Assembly (NCBI GenBank): GCA_001643675.2
Contig: LSRY02000010.1
Location: forward strand, 186,001 to 250,000
Direction: 5' to 3'
DNA length: 64,000 nucleotides
From: Monocercomonoides exilis PA203
Lineage: Eukaryota; Protista; Preaxostyla
In this document: in pieces, positions 23,090 to 43,556 of the stretch
Layout of the letters: every line of letters begins with the position of its first letter
Numbering within the stretch: position 1 is the first letter of the stretch
Notes under the pieces: generated by a model
What the model was told of the DNA's origin: nothing
Database searches by the model: none
The model's input: the letters and a program-made list of their open reading frames with translations, nothing else
Made by a program: the position numbers and the translations under genes

Positions 23090-26000
23090 TTAAGCAGTAC
23101 TTGATTCCCTCTCATTCTTTTCTCGTGGAGGAGCATGCGTCCACTTCAGAGTTGGCACCGTCTTCAGCAAAAGATGTGTTTGGCGATGGTCTGTGAACTC
23201 CCTCAAAATGAATGAGAACATCAGAAAAGGCAGGGCACCCAGCACAAATGCCAGAATTACTATGATCCAGGAGAAAGGCGACGCAATCATGTGGAAGAAT
23301 TCTCTGTGATACGCCTTGCTGAGGCTGTAGACTCCGCTTGAAAGGCTCATAAATATGAAATATAAAAGAGGGGACAAGACAAGAAAAGTGATTGATATCC
23401 ACTGCCAATGTCTGAAAGGTGATGAAGAAGGAAAGTCATCAAAAATCGAAATTGAAACATACGCAATGAAAAAAAAGAAGTCAAAAATTAGAAATATCAA
23501 ATACGAAAAAAAAAAAAAATGCGAATAAGATTTGCAGGACAAATAAAAATGAAACAAACTTCACTTTCCAAGCGATTGTAAAGCCAACTAAAACTGTAAC
23601 TGAAAATGATACAATTGAACCAAAAACCCAAAGCCCTTCTGTGTATGGGCCAGGCTGTATTTCTCCATATCGAAACAACAGCGCAGACAACCCATACGCA
23701 ACTTCATAATCGCAAAGTATTGAGCATATCAATTTTATTCACAAAAAAGAAACATTAATAAATTATTTTTCAGAAAAACCAAAATGAATAAAAAATTATT
23801 TTTATAATTATAATACTAAAAGCAAACGAAGTCCGTGCCATATTCCCATGCCAGCCCATCTCAATATAACAGAAGCAGAGAAAGAGGACATCGAAGCCTC
23901 ATCCTTGTAGCACTCCGGGTGTGTCTCAAGAACCCAATCTGGATAGTCCTTGTCGAATATCGCAGCCAGACCAATTGGGATGGACGTCATGAGAGTGTTG
24001 AAGAGCGTCGCAAACCACGAGTCATACACGATCTGGAGAGAGAACAAGGAGAAGATGAGGTTGAGGAAAGAAGGCATGATGAAGGCAATGTTCTTGTACA
24101 TGGAGTATTTGATGAGCGCAGACAGGCGGAAGAAGCAGTTGTGCCCGTGGACAGACAGAAGCCGATGGAGGAAGGAGAACTTCGCAATCGAATAGTCACT
24201 CACTTGCGACGCCTGCGTCCCTTCCACTCCCCGTATGCCTACTCCAACATGTGCTTCTTGGATCATCGAGACATCATTTGCACCATCGCCTACCGCCAGC
24301 GTCACCACATCACGATGTGACTTCACCATACGCAGAACAAGAGCCTGATAAAAGTTTGAAAAAAAGGGAAAAAATTGAATTGAATATTAGATACAGAAAT
24401 AACATTCAAAAAGAATAAGAAAGAATTAATGTTAAAAAGCATGTGCATTGCACGAAAATAATAAAATGGAAGAAGCAAACCTTTTGCATCGGAGCAATTC
24501 TGCAGCAGATGACACTCTCGCAACAGTCAGCCAAAACTAGAAAGAGAGAAATGAGTTTCTCTGAAGCAACAATCGCATTGATCGCAAAGCCATCAACAAT
24601 CAGCACTTTCTTCGATTTCTTGTCTATTTGTGTGTGTTGACTGCCATCAACATACTCTGAAAATGACTGTGATGCCACAAAAGATGCTGTTTTTGTCCTT
24701 CGATGAGATTTCTCCTTTTCTATTGCCTTGTCCGTTGTTTCTGTATTTGCTTTGTCTTCAGTCTGGTTGTTCTTTTGAGGCTCCATGCTTATCATCGCAT
24801 GCTGTTTGCTAACAAGTTCAGATGCTGCTTCATCTGAATGTTGTTGAATGATATTTGCTTTTGTTTTTTCTTTCTTTTTATTCCTTTTTCGTCTTTCTTT
24901 TTTAGGTTCCTCTTCTTTCTTGACAGAATGATAAAATGGTTTTCTTTTATTTCCTTCTTTGACTCTTTTACCGATTTCTTCATTGCTCAGCCCCAAATCA
25001 TGCAACAGCTGAGTCAGCCTTCTTTCAATCGAGTCTGACAGAAGCTCTTCCACTTTGTTGTTTTCAATTTGAGCCTTTGCCGACGATGAAGATGAGGCGA
25101 ATGAGGCAGAGCGAGTGTGCTTCGGACGATTAGCAGAAACAGAAGCAGAAGAAGAAGAAGCAGAAGTTGGAGCAGTTGAGTCTATAATTACAGAAGAGGA
25201 TGAATCTGTCTTTTCTTGAGTCAAACTATCAGCACTGATTGGAGGCAGAACATGAGGTTTAAGATTATCTCCTTTTGTTGGAGTGGATGTGATATTTGAA
25301 TCTTCCTTTGTACAATTGTTGATTGCCTTCAACTGAACATCTGGAATATTATGCATATGATCATCTGTTGTTGTCGATGTTGTTTTCTCATTCGATTTTT
25401 CAGTTTTGTTTTCAACCGCTTTCTCGTTTGTTACTGTTTCCAAATGTTTGTCTTGTTCCGAAATATCTTTATCACTTTTTGTTGTTTCTAAAGTTGCTTT
25501 ATTTTTCTGCTGAGAAGAAATTGAGTCTTTCGAAGCAACCTGGCGATTCAATGCAGAAGAAGGCTTGGAAGGATAGTTGATGACAGAACGCACAACAGGA
25601 GGGGGTGAAGAAGGGGTGGAAGGAGAAGAAGGCACAGAAGGAGAATCAGGAGGAGTCTGAATGGAGGCATTAGGAGGAGAAAAGGGAGGAGGAGAAGACA
25701 GTTGAGAAGCAGCATCTACTTTGGAAGAGGATAAAGACAAAAGAGAGCTTTGCGTAGAAGTTGCACGTATTGTTGTGGTTGTTGACCATATTGCTTGGGA
25801 AAGAGAGGGAGAAGAAGTTGCAAATGAAGAAATTGTCTCTTCTTCAGGTACTTTCTGTTCATACTGTGAAGGAGAGAGAGTGAGGGGAATTTCGTTGAGT
25901 GTTTCCGCTTCCAAAGACGAAAGAGAAGAGGACGATTCAGACAGTGACAAAGATGTTGATGTGTCACTTTGAGCCAAAGCAGTGGAATGATAAACAGAAG

Positions 26001-29000
26001 AAGAAGAAGAAGAAGAAGAAGACGACGACGACGAAGAAGAAGAAGAAGAAGACGACGAAGAAGAAGAAGGCAAAGAAAACAAATATGTTGTTGGCAATGG
26101 AGTTGTCTTGGGTGGATATGCTGTGTTCATTCTATTGTGTTTAGGCTTAGAAGCACTTTCTTGTTCAATTGGACTGGAAGAGTCTTTGTCTTCATCAAAC
26201 TTTTCAGCTTTTTCACTCAAATGCTCCGTTTCTTCTTTTGTCTCTTTGCATTGTTTTCCATCTGATGCTATCGATTCTTCATCCCCTGCTTCATTTGATG
26301 ATTCAATATTTTGCAAATGAACTGTTTCATTTGTCTCATATCTATCTTTTTCACTTCCTTTTGATTGTTCTATTTGTGTATCTATCGCATCTTCCTCTTT
26401 TGAAGACAACTTTTCCTTCTTCTCCTTCTCCTTCTCCACCATCTCTGAAATCTCCTTCTGTTGCTGCTGGCTCAGTCTGCTAAGTGTTCTGTTGTGTTTC
26501 CTTTCCTTCTCTGTCATCTCCTTGTTGTACAGCAGAAGCGACGGTGCTGTCAAATAGACAGGATTTGTGTTCTTCTGAAGGAGATGACACGCATACCCAA
26601 CATTCACTGCAGTGTCGATCTTGTCCCCTGTCAATATCCACATCCTGATTCCACACTAAAAAATAGATAGACACATTCATTCATTCATTCATGTATAATA
26701 ATAATCATATTATAAAGTGACATTTCATTTCAAAAATATATTATAATAATAAAAATAATCACAAATTAAGTTCAAAACCACACCTTTTTGAAGAACTCTA
26801 CTGTCTCCGCGCAATTGTCCTGCAGTTTATCCTCCACTCCTGTGCACCCGACAAGCTCCAGGTTCTTCTCGATGCGTGCAAAGCACTGCTCCACCTTCTC
26901 CTCTCTGTTCTCCAGTGCCTGCTCAGCCTTCTGGTGCTCCTTCTCCCACACTCCATACTCCTCCTCGCTCACCAGGCGCGTGCACACAACCAGCGTCCTC
27001 AGCCCAGCTCTGCTGAAGTCTTCGATGTCTTGGCACACCTTCTCATGCACCATCGCCTGGCTCTGCAGACACTTGCAGTACTTCTCAAAACGGCGCAGAA
27101 GAAGAGAACTGCGATCGGGACAGGGACAAGGAGAGGCGGTGTAGGAGAAGGCGGGGGAAGATGGAAGAGATGGGGAGAAGGTGCTGTCAGGTGAAGATAT
27201 GCAACAACTGTTATTATTGTTGTTGTTTATGAGATGCTTTTGCTGACTGATTGAAGAAGGAGCAATTGGCTTTGTGCTGAAACGGGAAAGAGGGGCAGGC
27301 ACAGATGACTTTGAATTGAGTTCAAATGAAGAAGAAATATTAGCATTAGAAGAAGAAGCATTTGAAGAAGAAGACGAAGAAGTTGCATTTGAATTAGAAT
27401 GCAATTTAAGAGGGCTCCCAATATTTTGATAGGCATCGACAGCAGAAGAGTTAGGGCGGAGGGAGTAAACAGACATACCCTCACTCAACACACTCCTCCT
27501 ATCTGTCTCATCAACAGCAACACGACGACGGAAATGAGGGTTGGGTGAATGAGAAGGATGATGATGCACAGAAGATGAAGACGGCTGCTTCATCTTTCGA
27601 GGAAATGAAGGGGAAGAAGGAGGAGGTGATGATGATGATGAGGAGGAGGAGGATGACAGTTGAGTGTTGATGTAAGAAGAAGAAGAGAAAGAGTTCGAAT
27701 TCACCGAAGGAGAAGCATCAGTAGCAGGCACAGGAGATGTGGCCAACAAGGAAGAAGTCTTTGGATAAGCATCTTTTGTCATTCTTTTCGCCTTTTTCAG
27801 GTTTGACAGCAGTTTCGTTGAATAAGACCTGTCAAATGGCAGATCTGAGTTCCAATATGGTGTGGTTGGTATCTTCTTTGAAGAGAATGAAACGCTACCT
27901 CCTTCCTCTTCTCCTTCTTCTCCTTCCTCTTTCCCTTCCATTTCTTCAGTGGCTGCCAGGAAATACGAACCAATATCGACAAATGGCTCACTAATATGCA
28001 ATTGTCCTCTTTCTCTTTCTCTTTCTCTCTTTCTTTCTCTCTCATCTGCCGTCATATTCACAACAAGAGAGTCAACAGAGCTAATCTCATCTGAATCTGA
28101 CAAGTCAGACAATACAGGCGAGGATGAGGAAGAGGCAGAAACAGATGAAACAACAGAAGAAGAGACAGAAGAAGAAGCAGAAGAGCTCAAAGGCAAACTG
28201 CGCTGAGGATTGGGTGTTCCGCACTCAGACTGGGCAGCTATGTCTCTTCGCTCTTCTTGTTCAACAAAGCAATAGAATTGCTGCTGTTCTGTCTGCTCTT
28301 TCTCTTCACTGTCACTTTCTTCTTCTTCTCTTTTATCATCTTTCTCTGGTTCATTGGAATTTCCTCTTTCTCTTTCTCTTTCTTTTTTGTTATTATAACC
28401 TTTCTTCTTCTTCTTCTTCTTCTTTCCATTTCCTTCTCCTTCTCCTCTTCCTTCTCCCTCTTCTCCCCCTCCTTCTCCTTCATCCAGCTCCTCATTCACC
28501 ATCCTCTCCACCCTCCTTATCCTCTTCTCCACACTCACAGCAGATGTGATGCAGAGCGGAAGCAGCGCATTGTCTGCGCCTTTGCTGTACAATCTGATAG
28601 AGCCATCAGGCAGACGCACAATTATGCTCATTCTCCTTCTCTCTGATGAGAATGGCAAGAGAGACAGGATTTGCACACGAAGAGGGTACCCTTCGACGCA
28701 CAAGTCGATGTTCTGCAGTGTTTTGTTCACAAAGAGAAGATTGTGGGTGGAGAGGGCATTCAAAAGAGCGATTTCATCGGGGGAGGTCGATTGGTATGTC
28801 ATTGGTGTGTTATTATTATTGCTATTGTTGTTATTAAATGTCTGAGGCGAATCAACTTGTGATGGAAGAGCAGATGAATGAGGAGTGGGAGGAAGAGGAG
28901 AAGGAAGAGGAAGAGAAGGAGGAGGAGAGCAAAAGGAAGGAGCAGGAGAAGAAGAAGAAGCACGAGAAACAGAACGTGATGGCATTTGTATAGTCGAAGT

Positions 29001-32000
29001 GGCTGTTGCTGACCTCGACAAAGAGACTGATGTTGTGAGTGTGTTTTGTGGAGAAGGCGATTTATTTCTGCTATTTTCATTGCCATTCTCATTGTCATTC
29101 TGAGTGTTTCCATCCACATTCAATGCAGAAGTTCCAATCTGTTCCATCTGAACAACTTTCTCTTTCTCTTTCTCTTTCTCCTTCTCTTCTTTCTTCACAT
29201 TTGCCTTTGGAGTCTTATCATTCGCATTCTTCGCATTCTTCTTGAAATTCCTCTTTCTTTTCGTCGACTTCTTCGTCAGCAGCATCTGTAGCAGAGTGCT
29301 TAGCCCTTTCTTCCTCTTCTTCTTGTTCTTCTTCGCAGCAGCCAGAGAAGAGGAGGTGTCAGGCACACAATCATGGCAGCACAACAAGCAAGTGATGAAG
29401 TGGAAGGCGTTGTATGTGTCGCTTCCAGGAAGAAGGTAGTCGTTCAGATTGAATGGAATGGAGGAAGAAGTGGAAGGAGAAGGGAAAGGGAAAGGGAAAG
29501 GAGAAGAGGGAACAGGGAAAGGAGATGGGGGAATAAGGAAAGGAGAAGGAGATGGGAAAGATGAAGAATAAGATGAGGAAGAAGAAGAAGAAGAAGTTGA
29601 CAATCTGAATGGAGTTGATACAAAAGGAGAAGGAAAAGAAGAACGAGGAGGGGCAGCAAAAGGCGAAGGAGGGACAGAAGAAAGAGCAGTTTCGATGGAA
29701 GAAGAAGAAGCAGAAGAAGAAAGTGTTTGTGGGTGGAGTGTGGATTTGTGGGGGTGAGGAAAAGAAGGAGGAAGAGGGGGGCGAGAAGGAGAAGAGGCAT
29801 TCAATGAGCCGAAAGGAAGATAAGAATTAGCTTCAAGTGGAGTGGATGTGGCATTTGGTGTCTTGCCAGAAGGAGAGGGTGAGAAGGAGAGGGGAGTGAA
29901 GGGAGAATAGGAAGAAGAAGAAGAAGAAGAGGAAGAGGAAGAGGAAGAAGAAAGAGAAGAAGAATAAACATTTACAGAAGAGCCAGATGCTTTTGAGAGG
30001 AGAAGGGCAGACTGAGCTAAGGCAGTCGAGTAATGTTTTTCAGCAAGAAGAGGAGAAGTGCTTTTGGAGTAGGCAATAGAGGTGGAGGCAGGCAAAGGAG
30101 AAAACGATGGAAAGGAAGGAGGAGGGGTTGAAAATGAAGAAGAAGAAGAAGAAGGGGAGGTGGAAGAGGAGGAGGAGGAAGAAGAGGATGATGAAGAAGA
30201 AGCATTTGGAGGTAACAAACTTGAAGGTGAAGAAGCAGGCTCAGGTGTTTGCGTAGGCGGCAGCGGAGAAGCAATGAAAGGGCCGATACTTGAAGCGAGG
30301 CGAGGTTGAGCTGTATTTGGGGTGAGAGGAGAAGGAAGAGTCTTTGTTGAGGCAGAGGTGGAGGAGAGGAGGGGAGAAGGTGCTTCGGATGAGCAGAAAT
30401 ACGACAGCGGCTGAGCAACGAAGTCGAACAGAGTGACAAGATCACTGAAGGGCAGGCTGTCTCTTTCGAGGGCGGTTGAGTCAGACAAGGGAACAGAAGA
30501 AGAAGAAGATGATGATGATGAATCAGAAGATGTTGAATCAGAAGATGTTGAATGATTATTCTTTGATTGTTTGTTTTTATCATTTCTGTCTCTGCTTTTA
30601 TGTTCATTCTTATTGGTTTCTCCATCTAATTCTAAAACTGTTCCTTCTTTTCCTCCTCTACCTCCTCCTTCTCCTCCATCATCTTGCCCATCCTCCTCCC
30701 CCACATTCTGCTTGTACTGATATCTCGACCCGCCCACCGAGCAGAAGGTGAATTTCATGCTGTTCGCAGTCAGTGTCCCTGTCTTGTCTGAGAAGATATG
30801 CTGGACAATGCCCAGCTCTTCATTCAGCGACGATGTCCTCGCATTCATCACCCCTTCTTCACCTCTTGTCTCGTCCTTCATCTTGTTGTCCAGCTCAAAA
30901 AAGGCAGACTGGATGAAACGGCAGATTTCGAGCGAGACAAACAGAGAGACAGGAATCAGATAGGAATAGAACACAAAGAAGCCAATCATCGAATAGAACA
31001 GCTGAGACGCTGGCATCTGCTTTAGATACAGATAAGGATGTGAGGAGATTCGATGATTCTGAAGGGGGAAAATGAAGTTAGCAAGCAGATGAATTTTAAT
31101 GGAAAATAAAAGGGGAAAAAGATAAATGAAGCAAAGAATGTAAAGAGAGAATAAGAAATTATCAAAGAAAGAAAGTAAAACCGACATACATTCAGATATC
31201 CCATCAAAATGGCTGATGCAACAACAAATAAGATCATCACGATCATCGTCGTCAGCACAGTCAGGTTGAGTCTCTTGTCGAGTGTCGACAGAGGAGAGCG
31301 AGGTCTTTGCTGGTTCAGCTGCACTTTCGACTCCTTTCCTGTGTAGATCACACAGCCCAGCACATACTGCGTGCTTTTGATGGAGCAGCCCTTCAGAAGA
31401 AGTTGTGTTTCGCCAAGGGAAATCGAGTTTTCGTATGAGTTTTCAGATGAGTCTGAATGTGAAGTTGATTGATGACTTTTGTCTGCTTCAGTTTGATCTG
31501 CTGATTTTTCAATCTTTTTGATAAGTGGCAATGGATGTTCCGTTTGATTGTCTTGCGAATTTGCATCTGATAAAAAATTGAATTCCATTTTTGCTGCAAA
31601 CTATCGTTGAAAGAAAAGCGAAGCAACAAAAAAATTGAATAGAACATATGATAAAAAAAAAAAAAAACAACTAAATAACCTGATGAATGTTACGATTTGG
31701 AGCTTGACAGCTTAGCAAGGCTCGAAACAATGAAATGTTGTGCAATAACTCTTCATCTTTAAATGAAGATGGTGGTAAAAAAGGAGGCTGTGTTCCTCCT
31801 CCTGTTATTTCTTGTCGATTAGCCTCTTCTTGATTGCAAATGCGTCCTTTGAAGATATGATTTAAAAATACAAGAAAATTGTTATGAAAACGAATTTTTA
31901 TGTTTATCTATTTGAATATACCAAAATTCGCCAGAAGTGAAGGATGAGCTCGCTTAATTTTCAGATTTGTTTCTCCATCTAAATTCATTGTGTTTACATA

Positions 32001-32567
32001 TGCGATTCCGCTTTCTTCTGTTGAAGTAAGTAATATGGCGTCCGCAGGGATTTCATCATTTCTGATAATTTCCAAAAAAATTTTTTTTTCATTAACAAAA
32101 AATATTTCACCAAAATTCACACTTCTTTAGCAAAATAAAATCCCCTACACTAATATCCATTGTTTTAATGGACATGACCTTCCCATTACGTATAACCATT
32201 GCAGGCTTCAAATTAACCTTTTTATCAGCTTTATGCCGTTGGATATCTTCAAAAAGATCCTTCAAAGCACCAACAACGAATATAAAAACAACAGGAATTA
32301 TAGCAGTTACAGGATTGTAGACATTTAACCCCGGACTATGATAATTTGGAAGAGTTAAACAATCGAGAAACCAATCTTATAAAAATGTAATACAAACAGT
32401 AAGTTCATTATCATGTTGAGGAGGAAATATAAATTAGAAATTTTTCTAAGTTGTAAGAATAGATTCTTTGGAAGAAAACTCCATAGTGTGTATTTTGATG
32501 TGCAAATGCGATTATTACAGAATAATGATTTGTTGTTTGGATTGTGCAAATGAATAACTCGTTCCAT
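23090..32567 (-). CDS. P4-type ATPase (phospholipid flippase), about 10 exons, with very large low-complexity insertions
   Basis: [24 protein letters not shown] (P4 signature), [74 protein letters not shown] and [19 protein letters not shown] occur in the correct order across the exons. Confidence 0.95.
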
Positions 32568-32973
32568 GGCTAAAAATAAATATCATAAAATTATTTCACC
32601 AAAAATATATTTGCGGGTTCCAAATAATAAAGCAACAAACATAAATGCCGTCTTTGAAAAGCTTTCTTTTCAATCCCAACTTGCTATAGTGGGTCGATCA
32701 AAAATATTTGCAGTTAGTAATGCTTAATATTTCATCATTTGCAGATTTGCATTCAAAAAAACATGGCAAGAACGAATGTTTATCAAATGTTTTCAAAGTT
32801 CTTTAAACTTTGCATTTAAAACGAAAAATTTATGAATATGAAAATAAAACTCTTTTAATTGTTAGAAACCGCAATTTCAGAAATTTAGAAAGAAAATAAA
32901 AATAAAAGTGTTTTTAAAAATGCAAAACCTAATAGCATTGAAATAATTAAAGCTTGATAATAATGCAAAACGT

Positions 32974-39350
<6,377 letters not shown>

Positions 39351-39426
39351 TAGCGAATAAATTTCCACGTTTTGAAGAAAACTTTATTCAGTCAATATTT
39401 CTGGAGCCATAACTTTTTCAATTTTT

Positions 39427-40419
39427 ATGGAAGATAAAAACATTCCTCCCCATCAAGATGATGGGAGTTTAAGTACCTTGCTAGACACGTTGCGAAAAGT
39501 GAGGGAGTCGCTGGAGCGTGGTTTATCTCATTGAAACGTGCGTATGTATTAACGTTTTGGTATATATTTTTCAGATGAAATCATCACGCTTGAAGAGTAT
39601 TTTAAAGAAGACGGAATCAAAACTCTCTTAAAAAATGTGGAAATAACAAAAAATTCCAAATTAAAGGTATTTGCGGATATCTTTATATGATTGTCATTTT
39701 CATTCTTTAAAGAGTCGATTAAAGTTACTGCTTTATCAATTCTGCCTTTCTTACGCTGATATTCTTGAAGAAGTTGAGAATCCTAAAGATAGCATTCGCA
39801 TCGGATTGAAGGGATTTTTGTATGTCTTGATCGAAGGATTTTTTTTTATTCGAATAATTGTTTTTTCAGAGATTTTATTTTTCAAGACACAAATAATCCA
39901 AATGAAACGCTAACAAATGATATCATAAAATTATTCGTAAGTTTTATAAAGCACCCTTCATTCTCTGAAGGAGACATTCCGTTTTGCCTCAATAAATATA
40001 AATTTCTTTCAAGGCATCAGGCTTCTTTAACACAAATAATGATAGATTTGCTAAAAGAAGGATTTCTTGCATTTCAAAATGCTTCATCTGATATCCTAGA
40101 AAATTCATTATTTAAGGAAGTTAAAGATGCATTTGGGTGGAAAATCAGTCTGATTTGCCAACCTGCTCAAAAGGAAAAAGACAAAGTTACAGAAATCGAC
40201 GAATCTAATGGGAAAGGTAACCAAAACCCTCCAGATGTTGCAACGTCAGATGACAGCAAAGAATTAGAAAAGGAAGAAACAGAAAATTCTGGGGAGAATA
40301 AAGCCGCGAAGAAAGTTGAGAAAGAGGAAGAGGAAGATGAAGGAAAAGAAAAGGAAAAAGAAAAAGAGAAGGAGAAGGAGAAGGAGAAGGAAAAGGAAAA
40401 GGAAAAGGAAAAGGAAAAG

Positions 40420-40451
<32 letters not shown>

Positions 40452-43144
40452 TAAAGAGAAAGAAAGAGATAGAGAAAAAGAAAGGGAAAGGGAAAGAGAG
40501 AAAGAGAAAGAGAAAATGAAAATGAAAGAAAAAGGAATCAAACAAGAAAAAGAAGAAAAACAAAAGAAAGACATGGCATTCACTTCATCCCAGAAAAGCA
40601 ATTCCCACAAAGAGCATATCATTCACATTTCATCTGAGCTTTTTCGGCGACGGATTTTTCCTTCCATCAACCGTCTGTTTTGTGTTCTTCATCGTTGTGC
40701 TCGCTCAGCACAAGAAAGAGACCTTGCTGCAAGTCATCAATCTTTGCTCATTTCAAAGAAATTTCTTTCAAAGACTTCTCATTCAACATCACATGAATAT
40801 TCTTCATCCACTTCGTCATCATCGTCTTCTTCCTCCACTTCTTCTTCTTCTTCTTCTTCTTCTTCCACTTCCTCCTCTTCCTCTTCCTCTTCATTTCCTT
40901 CTCATTCCTCTCAATCTTATCGTTCAGTTCGTTCTCCTTCCTCTGATGATTTGCCTCTTCCGTCAAGCACTTCTCTAAGCACTTCAATATCTTCCATCCG
41001 TTCTGACAGAATTGACAAAGCTGCCTCTTTTTCTGACATTTCACAGGAATTCCTCCTTCACAACACTGAAAATCTCTTCATTTTAATCGACTCTTTCCTT
41101 TCTGCTGACCCTCGTCTTGCGCAATTCGCAGTAGAAACTGGCATTTTGTCCGACGTCATTCGAATACTCAAGACAATCCCTCTGCATCTGATCTCTCCTG
41201 TTCATGTCCTCCTTCTCGACAAGCTTTTGAGGGGCTCTCCAAATCAGATAAAACAGCAGGCGATTAAAATGAATGTGTATGGCATGCTATTTCGGCTGCT
41301 GAGAGAAGCGACGCTGCAGCTTAAGGCGCTGACAGAGCAGGAAAAGCAGAAGGAAATGATTGGCAAAATGGAAGAAGAGGTAGAAGAGGAAAGAGAAGAA
41401 GCAGATGAAAGATATGCAGAAGAAGTGGAAAACAAGGAAAGAATGTTGGGCACAGAAGATAACAGGACCACTCACAGCAATAGCAGAAACAATGAAGGAG
41501 ACGCAACGCAGAATGGAGTGCTTGACTATCAGCAATCACAATTCGCACCTCCTGTTCAGCCTCAGAATATTTTGCATATTTCTCGTCAGACCAGTTCCAA
41601 CATAATGAAAACATCTTTTGAAGAAGACGAATTGAAAGGCAAAGAAGACAAGAATGTAGAGCAGGATATTCACAGTTCTCTGCTTGGCTTTCAGCCTCCG
41701 TCTGGTGAGCCATCTGAAGATGAAGGTGAAGAAAATAATGAGAACTTGTTGATGGAAGCGGGAAATGCAGACGTTGTTGGAAATGATGGAGCAGAGGTGA
41801 GAACTGGGGAAGAAAAAGGAGTTGATACTGACTCTGCTGTTAAAGTTATCAAAAGAGATGTTTCTGATTCAGATGAGAAGGAAGAGAAATCAGGTGAAAT
41901 GATTAATTTTCATTCAACTCTTCCTTCTTCCTCTTCCTCTCCTTCCTCATCTTCCTCATCTTCACTTCCCGACAGTGATTTCATTCAGAATTCTCTGTCC
42001 AACCAACCTTATCCTCAGACTCATTTTATACGTTCTTCGTCCACAGCCAACAAATCCTCCACTCTCAAATCCAACCAACGTGCTGCTATTTCCCGGCTGA
42101 CATTCCTCATCGACTATATTTCTTCTTCCATCTTTGCTCTTCTGATCGTCGGGCGGAGCCAATCTCATTCTGTCGCCTTGCATCCGCATCTGTTTTATGT
42201 GAGTGCAGCTGATGGCTGTCCTCTCCTCTTCGACTGTGCCACTTCTCCGTGTGTCTCCTCTTACGCCCGCGCAAACTGCGTCCTCTCTCTCTGCTATCTC
42301 CACAGAGGCGCTCAGCTGCCCAATGAGATGAAAGAAATAGCTTCACTCGCAAAGCAGCTGATCCAGTCTGAGGCTGAAGAGACAGTGTGCACAGCTCTCG
42401 TCGGGCTGTTTTGCCTGTCGGTGAACAAAGGTGTGTATGTGTGTGTCTATGTATGAATGCATATATGTATCTCTCTCTCCTTCTCTATCTCTCTATCTCT
42501 CTATCTCTCTATATCTCTCTATATCTCTCGCTATCTCTCTTTCTGTCTGTCTGTCTGTCTATCTGTGAGTGTATGTGAATTTGCTTTTGTTGGAACGAGA
42601 AGAATAATAAAAGTGACAAAACCATTCGCCTTATTTGAGTCTGGGCCGAGTTTGGATGAGCTTTTATGTTTTTGTTTTTTAAAGCTTTGTTTTATTTGTT
42701 TCTTTGAATGTTTAGAATTTTTCTGTGAATATTGCTGTTTTGTCTTCTTGCTCATTATTTCTGATTTATAAAAAATGATTTAAATACATTTTGTTGAAAT
42801 TCATTACAAAATAAACTCTCTCTCTCCTCATTTTTTGTTTCTATCTCTTCCCTTCTCCTCCCCTTCCCTCAGAAAATCACGAGTGCATCATCAACTCTGG
42901 GCTTTTGGATGATATTTCTCCTCTTCTCTGCCACAAGTCAGTGCAAATTGTCTATTGGACACTCAACCTGCTGAACACGATGCTTACAAAGGGCATGTTT
43001 TACACACAGCCACGGATACGTTCATACTCCTTGAATTCTCATCTTGCCCAGCTCGAATCATCCCCTTGCCGCGCTGTAGCTGACCTCGCTTGCGCTGTTC
43101 TAAAGATCTTAAATAGTGACATCCCAGATGTGGAAAGGAGCTGA
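39427..43144 (+). CDS. Multi-exon protein with EK and Ser tracts and an ARM/HEAT-like helical C-terminus
   Basis: Putative exon 1 MEDKNIPPH.. with GT..AG introns, main ORF 40039..42456, and last exon 42873-43144. Segments such as VCTALVGLFCLSVNK/ENHECIINSGLLDDISPLL resemble armadillo repeats. Confidence 0.65.
42469..42565 (+). repeat. (CT)/(CTAT)/(CTGT) compound microsatellite in an intron
   Basis: Read directly. Confidence 0.85.
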
Positions 43145-43556
43145 ATCAATGAACAAGACTCAGCGTATTATGAACTGGTACTTTTGGCCTTGTTGAATGA
43201 ATTCGAGAAAGCATTTTTGAATGCAAATGTAACGTCTTTTCAAATATGAATTTTGTTGGTATTCGATTCGAATTTCAGAGATTCATCTTGAAAAAAAAAT
43301 TTTTTTTCAAATTATTATGTTTCATTTTCATCATTTATATTTTATTATCTCCAATGAATATATTGGAAGACAGTATGAAATAATCGTTGAAGTTTTTTCA
43401 GAATTTATATTATATTATTTTTTTTGTTCATTTTTCAGAGTTATTGATTTTGATTGAAATTTTGAAAAACACCAAAGTGTATTGATCTTACCCATGAAAA
43501 AAATATTTTCACCCATATTAATTTATTTGAAAAATATTGATATTAACTTTAAAATT

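Noticed and set aside
32329-32339. CCCGGACTAT matching the MITE B terminal motif
   Set aside because: Isolated 10-mer at a flippase exon boundary with no other element sequence. Probably chance.
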